64,000 bases of DNA from positions 1 to 64,000 of IMG/VR virus record IMGVR_UViG_3300043084_000165, one strand, 5' to 3'. The notes beneath the pieces were generated by a model. It had not been told where the DNA came from. It saw nothing but the letters and a program-made list of their open reading frames with translations, and ran no database searches. This stretch comes from a virus. Taxonomy: Duplodnaviria > Caudoviricetes. Below are positions 1-9,279 of the stretch, piece by piece (within the stretch, counting starts at the first letter, position 1; every line of letters starts with the position of its first letter). The position numbers were made by a program, and so were the translations under genes.

Positions 1-11
1 CATATTGCTTG

Positions 12-91
12 TTTATTTGCGCTATATGCGCTTCAAATGTTCTAACAATGTAATTCTATAGGGACAGCTGAGATCGCGCAAATAACGCAAA
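12..91. repeat. dispersed palindromic intergenic repeat, copy A (divergent core)
   Basis: TTTATTTGCGCTATATGCGCTTCAAAT...GAGATCGCGCAAATA. Confidence 0.7.
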
Positions 92-94
92 GTT

Positions 95-538
95 TTACTC
101 ATGGAACCCCCAGCCGCGTTTTTTGCAGGCAGCCAGGAACTTGGAGTCAAGTTCATCAGCATTGACCGAACCCGGACGTGCATAGTAGTAATAGTCTGGG
201 TTTGCAGCTTCGAGTGTAACGCGAGTTGCCTCACTGTCAGCCCAGGTGACAAACATGGGAGAGTCCTCAACAGGTTCCATGCGAGCGCTTGGGAAGCGTA
301 CATGGTCAATGGTGCGTTTGAGATGGCGCCAAAACTTATACACAGTCACACGCTGTCGGCGATGAGTGTACTTGGGGATTCCCAGCGAATCCATGGCACC
401 CTCATAGGACTCTTTGGTTCGTCTGTATTTCTCCTCCGTGCGAGGTTCCTTCTTCTTGACAGCCTTAGCCTCCTTGGCACTGTTCAGGGATTTTTGTACT
501 GATTCTTTTAGTTTCTCGTTAATGCTATTTTTGCTCAT
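95..538 (-). CDS. hypothetical protein
   Basis: 147-aa ORF; its start overlaps the stop of the upstream gene. Confidence 0.7.
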   Translation of the reverse strand: MSKNSINEKLKESVQKSLNSAKEAKAVKKKEPRTEEKYRRTKESYEGAMDSLGIPKYTHRRQRVTVYKFWRHLKRTIDHVRFPSARMEPVEDSPMFVTWADSEATRVTLEAANPDYYYYARPGSVNADELDSKFLAACKKRGWGFHE

Positions 539-999
539 TTGTTCATCATTTTTAGAAGTTCATCATATTCATTCAGAGGCAACTCAAATACCAACCAGCC
601 GCGTTCACGAAACTTCTTGTCGTTGTGGATGAGACCATCATCAACAGGTACATCATCAAAGTAGTGCTTCGGTCCGCGTGCGTTCCCAGTTGATACAGAG
701 AAGAATGTCTTGTGATTGAATCCGCGGTCTGCCATGTTGTAGCAGGGACGGCGCACATGCGCACCCATTCCGGGACCCATGAAGCGGATGTGAGGATTCA
801 GCCAGTACTGTGAGTTGATGGCGATGTATGCTTTGGATGCTGAACAAGCTGCTCGTTCGGGGAGCTCCTTCAGGTTGGCCTGTATGTATTTACGCAAGTC
901 TCCAATCTTGTCGTTGGGTGCCTGGAGTACAGTCATCACCTTCTCAACCAGCTTGCTCATTACCTGTACATCTTCTATATCGTTGCTTAATATGCTCAT
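535..999 (-). CDS. hypothetical protein
   Basis: 154-aa ORF directly downstream of the promoter motif at 1021-1050. Confidence 0.75.
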   Translation of the reverse strand: MSILSNDIEDVQVMSKLVEKVMTVLQAPNDKIGDLRKYIQANLKELPERAACSASKAYIAINSQYWLNPHIRFMGPGMGAHVRRPCYNMADRGFNHKTFFSVSTGNARGPKHYFDDVPVDDGLIHNDKKFRERGWLVFELPLNEYDELLKMMNK

Positions 1000-1020
1000 A
1001 TTATTCTTTTTATTTCAATC

Positions 1021-1050
1021 ATAAATAACAAAGGGACCTCCTAAATTTAG
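1021..1050 (-). promoter_or_regulatory. phage promoter motif CTAAAT-N13-TTGTTAT
   Basis: One of 8 copies with identical spacing upstream of minus-strand genes. Confidence 0.75.
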
Positions 1051-1067
1051 AAGATCCCCCTTGATTT

Positions 1068-1400
1068 TTAGCCGAATATTTTCTTATATATGTTCACGTC
1101 AGACCCAACCGGGACCCTGATGAACACATTATAATCTATTCCGTGCATGTTAACCACTCCCAGGTATGCACATTCGTTGAGCGAGATAGTCACATCATCA
1201 CCGATGTCATACATATATACCTCTACTGGTTGGTTGGGTGGTCCTGGTTCCGAGTCACGTGCAGATGGTATGTAATATAGGTTTGCATGGTTGCAGAATC
1301 TGGCTTGTGAACCAGCTACTGACAAAATCATAGACCCCGCGGGTAGTTGGATGGTCTGTTCCCTGCGCACAGGTAGGAACTCAACATGTAGCTTTCTCAT
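1068..1400 (-). CDS. hypothetical protein
   Basis: 110-aa ORF translationally coupled to the ligase stop. Confidence 0.7.
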   Translation of the reverse strand: MRKLHVEFLPVRREQTIQLPAGSMILSVAGSQARFCNHANLYYIPSARDSEPGPPNQPVEVYMYDIGDDVTISLNECAYLGVVNMHGIDYNVFIRVPVGSDVNIYKKIFG

Positions 1401-2749
1401 ACGTTACGTTCTCCTTCATATACATACTTGAGTGTTGGGAATCGCAGCGACCAGGCTCCCGTTTTGGAGTCCTGAGATTCGGAGAAATATTGGATGGTAA
1501 CGGTCTTGCCAACGATCTCTTCAGGATGTTCAATCCAGCGTTCGCGCTGTGCACGGGTCAGACCGGAACCAACACGCACTTCGTTACCCTTGTGCTCAAT
1601 AGTCAGCGCACTCACGCCATGAATAATCTCGCTGCCGCGTTCAGAGTTATAAGTCAGATCACCCTCAATGATGCCAGTAACAACATACTCGTCGTCCTGC
1701 ATCGGCTTGATTTTCAAGAGGTTATTAGTGCGCTTACCTTCATATGGCACATCCTTGCGCACCATTATACCCTCCCAGCAGCCTTCTTCGCGACGTCTCA
1801 GCCATTCGTCCAGGTCTGCCTGGTTGCGGATGGGGCCTTGTTCAATGACATCAATGACCTCACCATCATATATGCGAGAGCCGCGGAGGAGCAGTGCTGC
1901 ACGTTCACAAAAAGTAGCAGAGCGTTCACGACCCCAGAACTGATCCTCAGTCACAATATCAAACACCTTATATCGCGGACGTTCGATGGTATAGTCTTTG
2001 CGGCGCGCCACTGACATGAGTTCATAGAAGTCTTCAGAACCATCGTCCTTGAGCACGCACATCTCACCGTCCAGCACCCACTGACCACTTTCCAGGATTC
2101 CATTGCAGAACTCCAGCACATCCTCACGAGCGCGATCAAGTGTAGTAAATTCCTTGCCCTGACGCGAGACGAAGCGTACGGTTTGTTTATCCAGGTCTAC
2201 ATGAGCATGGCAACGCATACCGTCCAGCTTGTGTGAAGCATACCAGGTACCGTCCAGGATGTCTACATTCTTGACCTTCTCAAGTACATTGGCTAGGCAA
2301 CATGGGTATTTTTCAGTCACGCCCGAGTCGTTGGAGAATGTATTGCCTGCACCGATACGCAAGTTGCCGTCCAGGATGCGCGCCAGCCACACCTGATCTG
2401 CATAGCGGTAACGACCGATAGCCTCCTCGACTGCATATACTGCGTTCTTGCCAGTGATGGTGCGTGAAGCGAGCGCGTCCAGCAGGCTATGAAATTTGCC
2501 GTAGTCTTTATCAATGGTAAGCGCATCGTGATGACCGCAGTCAAGAACCTCATACTTCTTGACAAAGTACTTACGACCGCCATAAGTGTCTGCCAGGATC
2601 TGCTCGATCACCGGGTTCATGTGGTTTTTGAGGAACTCCTCCTTTTGGAGCTTTCCCGAGGTCATACTCACCAATCCAAACACATCTGCAATGGTCCCTT
2701 CATCGGTGAACATTGCTGGTCGATTCTTTATTTCTGTAGATGTTGCCAT
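1397..2749 (-). CDS. lig: ATP-dependent DNA ligase
   Basis: Motif I KLDG, III VLDGE, IIIa VFDI, IV EGIMVR, V LLKIK; OB domain with VGSG and SLRFP. Confidence 0.95.
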   Translation of the reverse strand: MATSTEIKNRPAMFTDEGTIADVFGLVSMTSGKLQKEEFLKNHMNPVIEQILADTYGGRKYFVKKYEVLDCGHHDALTIDKDYGKFHSLLDALASRTITGKNAVYAVEEAIGRYRYADQVWLARILDGNLRIGAGNTFSNDSGVTEKYPCCLANVLEKVKNVDILDGTWYASHKLDGMRCHAHVDLDKQTVRFVSRQGKEFTTLDRAREDVLEFCNGILESGQWVLDGEMCVLKDDGSEDFYELMSVARRKDYTIERPRYKVFDIVTEDQFWGRERSATFCERAALLLRGSRIYDGEVIDVIEQGPIRNQADLDEWLRRREEGCWEGIMVRKDVPYEGKRTNNLLKIKPMQDDEYVVTGIIEGDLTYNSERGSEIIHGVSALTIEHKGNEVRVGSGLTRAQRERWIEHPEEIVGKTVTIQYFSESQDSKTGAWSLRFPTLKYVYEGERNV

Positions 2750-2753
2750 ATTG

Positions 2754-3041
2754 TTATGCTTTTTCGTAAATATCTGATAATACTATGTTCTCAGGACCGC
2801 CTGCGTAGTAGTAAGCTTCGATCACGTTCTTGGCAGCGAGTTCTGCTCCTGTGAACGCATCATAGACGGAGTCAATGGTAAACACCCCATCGTTGAATGT
2901 TCCCTCATAAACCAGTGCGCTGTACTCAGCTGACATGTGTGTCAGGCTTTTTGCCAGCGACTCAGTGGGGCAGCCTGTGAATTCAAATGCTTCGCTATCT
3001 CTGTTGTAGCGCGCAGTGATGGCAATTTTTCTTCCTTCCAT
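2754..3041 (-). CDS. hypothetical protein
   Basis: 95-aa ORF, first gene after the hairpin-array leader. Confidence 0.7.
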   Translation of the reverse strand: MEGRKIAITARYNRDSEAFEFTGCPTESLAKSLTHMSAEYSALVYEGTFNDGVFTIDSVYDAFTGAELAAKNVIEAYYYAGGPENIVLSDIYEKA

Positions 3042-3057
3042 ATTGTTTATTGTTTTT

Positions 3058-3150
3058 GAAGATATATTGAGCAGAGCTCAACTAGATTCGAGTGTGCTCG
3101 AAGATATATTGGTTACCCAACTGGCTTCTGAGCTTCGCTCCGAAGATATA
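3058..3150. repeat. tandem ~42-bp hairpin units delimited by GAAGATATA
   Basis: GAAGATATA at 3058, 3100 and 3142; 3058-3092 matches 48801-48835 at 34/35 bp. Confidence 0.85.
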
Positions 3151-3194
3151 TAACAAAATCCCGCACAAAATTTAGTCATTCTGTGCGGGATTTT
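3142..3194 (-). promoter_or_regulatory. phage promoter motif embedded in a hairpin/terminator
   Basis: CTAAAT in the loop of the AAAATCCCGCACA/TGTGCGGGATTTT stem. Confidence 0.8.
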
Positions 3195-3202
3195 GATAAA
3201 AA

Positions 3203-3649
3203 TTAGATGTCATAGTTGTGCACATTTCGTATAGGATTCCATACTCCGATTACACGACCAATCAGCGTATGTGACAGATAAGTTTCGTTTCCATCAAATA
3301 TCTCAGGCATGGATCCGCCTGCAGCAGCGATGCACTTCACAATACGATACTGGTCGTCCTTTTCAAATAGTCCAAACTGGTTCTTGTCATAAATACCGTG
3401 CATGGTGTCTACCAGCAACACATCACCACGTTTCCACTTTTCACCGTCCTGAGCGGCTCGCGCAAGGATAATGTCATGCCTGCGTACACCCTCAATGGGA
3501 CCCAGGTGCCAAAGCTCATGTTCACATCCCTGGAAATAGTCTGTGGTTCCTGCAATCACGCATTTATATGTGTTCAGATGGTGCCGAACAACCATATACA
3601 CTGATGCGGTCACGCATGCAAAGCATAAAAGTATTAAAAAATTCAGCAT
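3203..3649 (-). CDS. hypothetical membrane-anchored protein
   Basis: 148 aa with an N-terminal hydrophobic helix. Confidence 0.7.
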   Translation of the reverse strand: MLNFLILLCFACVTASVYMVVRHHLNTYKCVIAGTTDYFQGCEHELWHLGPIEGVRRHDIILARAAQDGEKWKRGDVLLVDTMHGIYDKNQFGLFEKDDQYRIVKCIAAAGGSMPEIFDGNETYLSHTLIGRVIGVWNPIRNVHNYDI

Positions 3650-3655
3650 ATGTTG

Positions 3656-4360
3656 TTAAAAATTATAATTGATACCTACTCCAACCTGAGGGCCCCAGTC
3701 AAACTGTTTGTTGTTTAATCCATATTGTACACCAAATCCGGCGTGTACACCAAAACCCCAGTGTTCACGTTTTTTGATAGTCTTGCTGTTTATAGTAGAT
3801 GTAATGTCTGTAACCGTCACATAGGGGTTAGAGGTACTGACAAAGAATTTATAATCATCACTCATGCCAATGGTTAGGGGGACGCTGGTTGAAATGTTAT
3901 ATAAGTTAGTTGTAACCAAACCCCCACCATAGTGCACCCGACCACTAATGGATAACCACTTGTCGCTGAATGAGATAGGTGCTGAGATACTGTCACTAGT
4001 CAGTAAGTCGGGTTCTGATTCAATATATATAGAATCAATCTTCACAACTGTCTGTACTTTTGCCGCACTTGCGAGTGACGAATTTAGCTTCTTTTTGAGA
4101 TCAGCCATCTCATCCTTTGTCATATCCAGTTGCTCACGCATCTGTGATTCAGATAGGATATAAGAGCTTCGTTCGGCCAGCAGTTCCCCGTTTTTGAGTT
4201 TGTAGTACTCAACCGAGTCATTGGCTGCTTTCCAATTCTGCTCATAGACCGCGATTTGCTGCGATTTAACAGAGTTTCGATGGTACAGGAATATAAATGT
4301 ACCCAACAACACAAAGAGCGCAATACAAGCGCTTAAAATACGTTTATTTGTTTTGCTCAT
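3656..4360 (-). CDS. envelope protein: N-terminal TM, coiled coil, C-terminal amphipathic beta strands (spanin-like candidate)
   Basis: TM at about residues 8-26; ends WGFGVHAGFG...VGVGINYNF with a terminal Phe. Confidence 0.55.
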   Translation of the reverse strand: MSKTNKRILSACIALFVLLGTFIFLYHRNSVKSQQIAVYEQNWKAANDSVEYYKLKNGELLAERSSYILSESQMREQLDMTKDEMADLKKKLNSSLASAAKVQTVVKIDSIYIESEPDLLTSDSISAPISFSDKWLSISGRVHYGGGLVTTNLYNISTSVPLTIGMSDDYKFFVSTSNPYVTVTDITSTINSKTIKKREHWGFGVHAGFGVQYGLNNKQFDWGPQVGVGINYNF

Positions 4361-4399
4361 AAGATAGAGAGGGGCCAGACGAATCCAGCCCCAATATTT

Positions 4400-5077
4400 T
4401 TAACCAAAAATTGCCCGAACTAATTTTCGAATACCTTCGTGATAGTTTTCAACATTCTCATCAGTTACATCAATGGTGGAAGCTGCTGTTTGAGACTCCC
4501 CAGGAACCTCCAGTCGGAGCGCCGCCTGGCGCTTGAGGATGGCTGCAAGGATTGTATTATAGATGTCGCGAGCAGATTTGGCTCGATCTACACGATCAGC
4601 TACAGCGTCATGACGACTACCAAGTGAGCTGATTTCTGAATTTAATTGATCGATCTGTTTGTGAAGATTTGACAATTGTCTACTGATAAAATCCAAAGTG
4701 TAGACCTCATGATTTTCAGTGGTTGTCAAGAAGTCCAGGATCTGATGGATCTTTGTTTCATAATTAGTAAGCTCATCATCATACATCTGAGCGATACGAG
4801 TTGAAATGAGCTCACGCACAGATTGTGTCACCGCACGAATGTCAATGTTATCCGACAAGAACGAATCATTCAGATTGTTCAAATCCTGACTACTTTCAAA
4901 CAGCGGATACAGGGACTTAGTATCCTCACCCAGGTCATCAGTATCTACTGTCTTAGTCGAGGAATATGTCTCCAGGGAACCACCCTCACTAAGGATGCGC
5001 TGAACCTCGGCATTATACTCCTGGATGTTGTCAAACTTCTTGCCGTTTACGGCGCCTTCAAATACTACTTTTTTCAT
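4400..5077 (-). CDS. hypothetical coiled-coil protein
   Basis: Likely ATG start at 5077 (MKKVVFEG); heptad-rich central region. Confidence 0.7.
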   Translation of the reverse strand: MKKVVFEGAVNGKKFDNIQEYNAEVQRILSEGGSLETYSSTKTVDTDDLGEDTKSLYPLFESSQDLNNLNDSFLSDNIDIRAVTQSVRELISTRIAQMYDDELTNYETKIHQILDFLTTTENHEVYTLDFISRQLSNLHKQIDQLNSEISSLGSRHDAVADRVDRAKSARDIYNTILAAILKRQAALRLEVPGESQTAASTIDVTDENVENYHEGIRKLVRAIFG

Positions 5078-5225
5078 ATAGTTAGTTTTAATCATTATAT
5101 GAACTAATATAGTAGTTTGGGCATACAGGTTTAGTATGATTTCATCATCAGTCTTGTTGCAAGAGCTGATATATGCAAAAAAGACCACCACCAAGTGATG
5201 ATCTTTTGATTTTCAATGAGTTATG

Positions 5226-6575
5226 TTATTTGTGAACTACTCTATCAAGTATCTCAGCCTTCTTACCAAATGATTGTTTATCATATGTTGAACTCAAATA
5301 GCCTGTGACTCTGTCAAGCGTTGTCCATTCTCCTCCACAATGAGGGCAGGTGGAACCAAATCGGTGCAGATTCGGATCATTGGACTCATAGTTACAATCC
5401 TTACAACGACCCTGAGTGTGGTTGATAGATGAGTACCCCACGTTATTATCCCAGGCCATTCGGTTGACTGCGTCCACATACTCTGGATTCTTCGTCAGGT
5501 CAGCATCGGCCTCTACGTAGAAGATGTGACCGGCGGGCTCCAGTGCGTGATATGGACCCTCAATCTCGGCCTTGTGTGCTGGTGTGCACTGATACCACAC
5601 AGGTACATGTGATGAATTGGTGTAGTACTCTTTATCGGTTACATGCTTGATGATGCCATACTTCTTAGCATCAACCACTGTGAAACGTCCCGACAATCCC
5701 TCAGCCGGCGTTGCAAAACATGAATAGTTGTGGTCATATTCATCAGAATAACCCTTGCACAAGTCATTCAAATAACCTATAATATCCAGACCGATTGCCT
5801 GTGACTCATCGGATTCGCCATGATGCTTGCCTGTGAGCATGATAAGTGCCTCGGCAAGACCGATAAAGCTCACACCCAGCGTTCCATGCTTGATGACTTC
5901 CTCAACTGTCTGATGACGTTTAAGGTTCTCTGAACCCATCCACACACCTGACATAAGCAACGGAAACTGCTCCTTGAGCGCGGTTGCCTGGAACTTATAT
6001 CTGTCATCTAACTGCTTGGCCACGAGGTCTGCATACTTCTTCAAGCGAACTTTGAAATTAGCCACGCGCACCTCCATGGGCACGGTGCAGTCTGGATTGA
6101 ATACATAACCATCCTCAGATTTCACATATGCGCCAGTTTCAATGGCGGTTTCAATAGCAATCTTTGGAAGATTGATAGAAGTGAAGCTCAAATTACCGCG
6201 ACCAATGGAGGTCGGTAGTCCAAATCGATCACTCCATGTACGTGTACGGCAACCCATCGTAGCCACCTCATAGTTGTAGCGAAGTGGATCTTCTGCCCTC
6301 CAACGATCATCTCTATTGAATGTTGCATCCAGGTTGAGATAATTTGGGAAGAATCTGCGCGCCGTTACGGCCCATGACATCTTATATAAGTCATAGTTCG
6401 GATCGCCTGGGTTCTTATTAACACCTTCCTTCATCTTCATTACATGGATTGGGAAGATGGCGGTCGCACCATTACCCACACCCTGCATTGTGCATGTCAG
6501 GAGCTCTTTAATCACCAATCGCCCTTCGGCAGATGTATCTGTTCCATAATTGATTGAACTAAACACTACTTGATT
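5226..6575 (-). CDS. nrdD: anaerobic ribonucleoside-triphosphate reductase, exon 2
   Basis: Resumes at NQVVFSSINYGT; contains MGCRT, TPAEGLS, YYTNS, two CxxC Zn pairs and the glycyl-radical motif RVTGY. Confidence 0.95.
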   Translation of the reverse strand, partial: NQVVFSSINYGTDTSAEGRLVIKELLTCTMQGVGNGATAIFPIHVMKMKEGVNKNPGDPNYDLYKMSWAVTARRFFPNYLNLDATFNRDDRWRAEDPLRYNYEVATMGCRTRTWSDRFGLPTSIGRGNLSFTSINLPKIAIETAIETGAYVKSEDGYVFNPDCTVPMEVRVANFKVRLKKYADLVAKQLDDRYKFQATALKEQFPLLMSGVWMGSENLKRHQTVEEVIKHGTLGVSFIGLAEALIMLTGKHHGESDESQAIGLDIIGYLNDLCKGYSDEYDHNYSCFATPAEGLSGRFTVVDAKKYGIIKHVTDKEYYTNSSHVPVWYQCTPAHKAEIEGPYHALEPAGHIFYVEADADLTKNPEYVDAVNRMAWDNNVGYSSINHTQGRCKDCNYESNDPNLHRFGSTCPHCGGEWTTLDRVTGYLSSTYDKQSFGKKAEILDRVVHK

Positions 6576-7756
6576 CGGTTTTGTTATCAGTAGGCTTTTT
6601 ATCCTACCTTCTGCAAGATTTCCATGCAGCCCAGCGTACCTATTCATCCTGAAAATATTCAGGAGCCCCACACTCTTGGAAGCATTATATTCCATAAATG
6701 GTTTCAGCTTCTACGCGTTACGGTGACGTCAAATATTACTTTGAACGTTTACCACGGGATTGCCTTGAGTCCAACGATTATACTTGCGAATTAAATATAA
6801 ATCAGATTTATCTTTATATAAATACTGACCGATCAAGAAATTATCCTTTTTTGAATACCACCCAGTACTCCAAACTCCGGTTCGTGGATTCTGAGAGATT
6901 TTGTTTTTAGAAACACCGAGCTTCTTTACAAGAACATTTTGTATATCCTCAACAATTTTTTTATTGCCGCAAATAGAAAATCTACCTCTTTTATCAACAT
7001 ACCCATCGCCATCAAATACCCCTCTGAGGAGGTGTGACATGTGAATGGTATCTGTTATAGTCACCGAGCTATGTTTATTAGGAATCACCCCGTATTGTGA
7101 CAAATCCTTCACCCATTCAGCTGAGTATTGAGTTATAGCTGATAAGTGGGATGTCTTTTGAACTTTTTTGCGAATCTTTGTTGTGATCCCTGTATATTGT
7201 GCGAATTTTGAAAGTATATAATCATCACTGGATTCAATCATGATTCGAACCTGATTCTTATATATATTACCATCCGATATCAACCAACCTAAAAAATAGG
7301 CCTGTGCTGGAGTATCAATAGACTTCCAAAAATTTCTTTTAAGCTCAAATGCGCCTTGTGGGTTATTACGTGCTACATTAAATTGTTTGAGTATATCGCA
7401 TATAGTCTTAACAGTTGTGTCATATAATCTTGCGATCTGACCCGTAGTCTGTCCTGACTTATAGGCTTTAACTATCTCTTGCTTCGGATACTTACTTTGT
7501 TTCTTTCTTGATGTTATATTCTTTTCTTTAAGTACATGACTGATAGTACCAATGCTCACATCATATCTTTCAGCACACTGCGCAAGTGTCTGCCCTGATT
7601 GATAATCGTTAATGATTTGAGTTTTAATATTTTCAGCCACTTTCATATGTTTGAACTTTTAGGTGTCCCCCGTATTTGCGGGGTTGTTTGCTCAGATGTT
7701 ACCATCCGAGGGAGGCCAATCTAAAACTATAATAAATATAGTTAACCGAGTGTTAA
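6576..7756 (-). mobile_element. group I intron in nrdD
   Basis: Splicing restores HSRGG/NQVVF. The 5' exon ends in U and the intron ends in G (6576). The IGS GATTGGCCTCC (7721-7711) pairs with the exon end GGAGGU (U.G wobble) and with 3' exon AAUC (P10). Confidence 0.92.
6729..7646 (-). CDS. intron-encoded LAGLIDADG homing endonuclease with N-terminal HTH repeats
   Basis: Double motifs YFLGWLISDG and LLRGVFDGDG; two HTH-like repeats at the N-terminus. Confidence 0.9.
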   Translation of the reverse strand: MKVAENIKTQIINDYQSGQTLAQCAERYDVSIGTISHVLKEKNITSRKKQSKYPKQEIVKAYKSGQTTGQIARLYDTTVKTICDILKQFNVARNNPQGAFELKRNFWKSIDTPAQAYFLGWLISDGNIYKNQVRIMIESSDDYILSKFAQYTGITTKIRKKVQKTSHLSAITQYSAEWVKDLSQYGVIPNKHSSVTITDTIHMSHLLRGVFDGDGYVDKRGRFSICGNKKIVEDIQNVLVKKLGVSKNKISQNPRTGVWSTGWYSKKDNFLIGQYLYKDKSDLYLIRKYNRWTQGNPVVNVQSNI

Positions 7757-8665
7757 ACCTCCGCGTGAGTGTATATTGTTACAATTATGAATGAAACTCT
7801 CCATCGCCTGATGAACACGATTCACTGTTCGAGCAATGATGATTTTTGCATATCCTTCAAATCGGTCTACGTCATAATCACCAATCGCTAAATCCTTGTG
7901 CTCGCGAATCTTCGCATCATCCCATCCCAACACTTCGGCGATTTTTTCCACTTCCTCCTCATATGTCTTGCGGACATAAGGTGCCATGTAAAAGTCAAAC
8001 GCAGGAATTGCCTGACCTCCGTGCTGTTCGTTCTGGGTGGTTTCCAGTGAGATAGCAGCAACAATCACAGCCGTCTCAATGCGCTTGGCGGGACGGATCT
8101 CTCCGTGACCTGCATAAAGCCCTCCTTCAAGGAGCTTGTTGAGAGGAGTCTGTACACATGTAGTGCTCTTAGTGGGGTAGTAGTCGAGGTCATGAACATA
8201 CATGTAATTGTCATTCATCGCCTGTCGAATGTTGGGTGCAAGGAAGTACTGCTTTGAGAACGGCTTAGTAAGCTCTCCGGCAAACTTCATCATCATGCCT
8301 GCGGGTGATTGGGCTGACATGTTTGCGTTGTCTGTGGTGATGTCGTTCACCTCCACGTTCACAATAGACATGATGTCCTGCGATTGCATCTTAGCACGTT
8401 GCTCCGCTCTCATGGCGCGATAGCCTGAAAAATGCTTATAAATGTCACGATGGCCACATGAAATCAACAGATCCTCAATTTCGTCCTGGATGCGCTCCAC
8501 TGTAGCAAGCGTCTTGAACTTGTTGATGTTCTGATTGAGAATGACACGGAATGTGGCTGGGCACTTCTTACCACAAGACTCAAAAGCGGAATCTACCGCT
8601 TTGTAAATCTTCTCCATGTCGAAAGGCACCTGATGGCCCGATCGTTTTCGGATTTTTGAACTCAT
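7757..8665 (-). CDS. nrdD: anaerobic ribonucleoside-triphosphate reductase, exon 1 (ATP cone)
   Basis: ATP cone (IRKRSG...FDMEKI), NANM, HDLDYY, TCVQ, QNEQHGGQ; spliced product is 752 aa. Confidence 0.95.
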
Positions 8666-8790
8666 ATATTTATACTATTTAGTTATATGTACTAATATAA
8701 TGATAAGCAACTTGCGCTTTAGAAAAGAAAAAGGATTATCGCAAAAAATGGATAATCCTTTGTTTTTCAAATGGTTAGCTCAAGATCTGT

Positions 8791-9180
8791 TTATTTATCT
8801 GTTTTATTTTCAGAATTTTTCAGAGTCTCAAGTTTTTCAAGGTACTTGTCGAAATCAATGTTTTCTGCAAAGATTCGTACCAACAAATCAATGTTCATCA
8901 TGATCTGCTGATGAATGTCCCATTTCTCATGGGTGTCTGTATCAGGCCAACCATGCAGAACAATTTCGTATTCACAGCGTGCCCAGTACATGTACCTGGA
9001 CTTACCTTCAATCCAGTTACGAAGCTCAGCATAGCTCTTTGGCAACCTCTCGCGAAGATGCTTGTGGGACTTGTCATATTCCCAGGTTCTCATGAAGTAT
9101 GGCATAACATCATACGGCCCAAACTTCTGAGCATTGAAATCTTCTATGATGCAATAGAAGGGTGTGATGTTCTTTTTCAT
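8791..9180 (-). CDS. hypothetical protein
   Basis: 129-aa ORF downstream of the promoter motif at 9213-9238. Confidence 0.75.
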   Translation of the reverse strand: MKKNITPFYCIIEDFNAQKFGPYDVMPYFMRTWEYDKSHKHLRERLPKSYAELRNWIEGKSRYMYWARCEYEIVLHGWPDTDTHEKWDIHQQIMMNIDLLVRIFAENIDFDKYLEKLETLKNSENKTDK

Positions 9181-9210
9181 ATACTGCTTATATTAAAGTG
9201 TTATGTATAA

Positions 9211-9254
9211 AGATAACAAACCCAGCGCAGATATTTAGCGTTCTGCGCTGGGTT
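9211..9254 (-). promoter_or_regulatory. phage promoter motif embedded in a hairpin
   Basis: AACCCAGCGCAGA/TCTGCGCTGGGTT stem around ATTTAG. Confidence 0.78.
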
Positions 9255-9279
9255 CTTGCATAAAAATATAAACTGGTAA

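Noticed and set aside
3058-3150. CRISPR mini-array
   Set aside because: The constant part is only about 10 bp, the intervening sequences are self-complementary and related to each other, and there are no cas genes in the window
6576-6695. N-terminal 40 codons of the 489-aa nrdD ORF
   Set aside because: These are intron 3' sequence; NrdD homology starts at NQVVF (6575)
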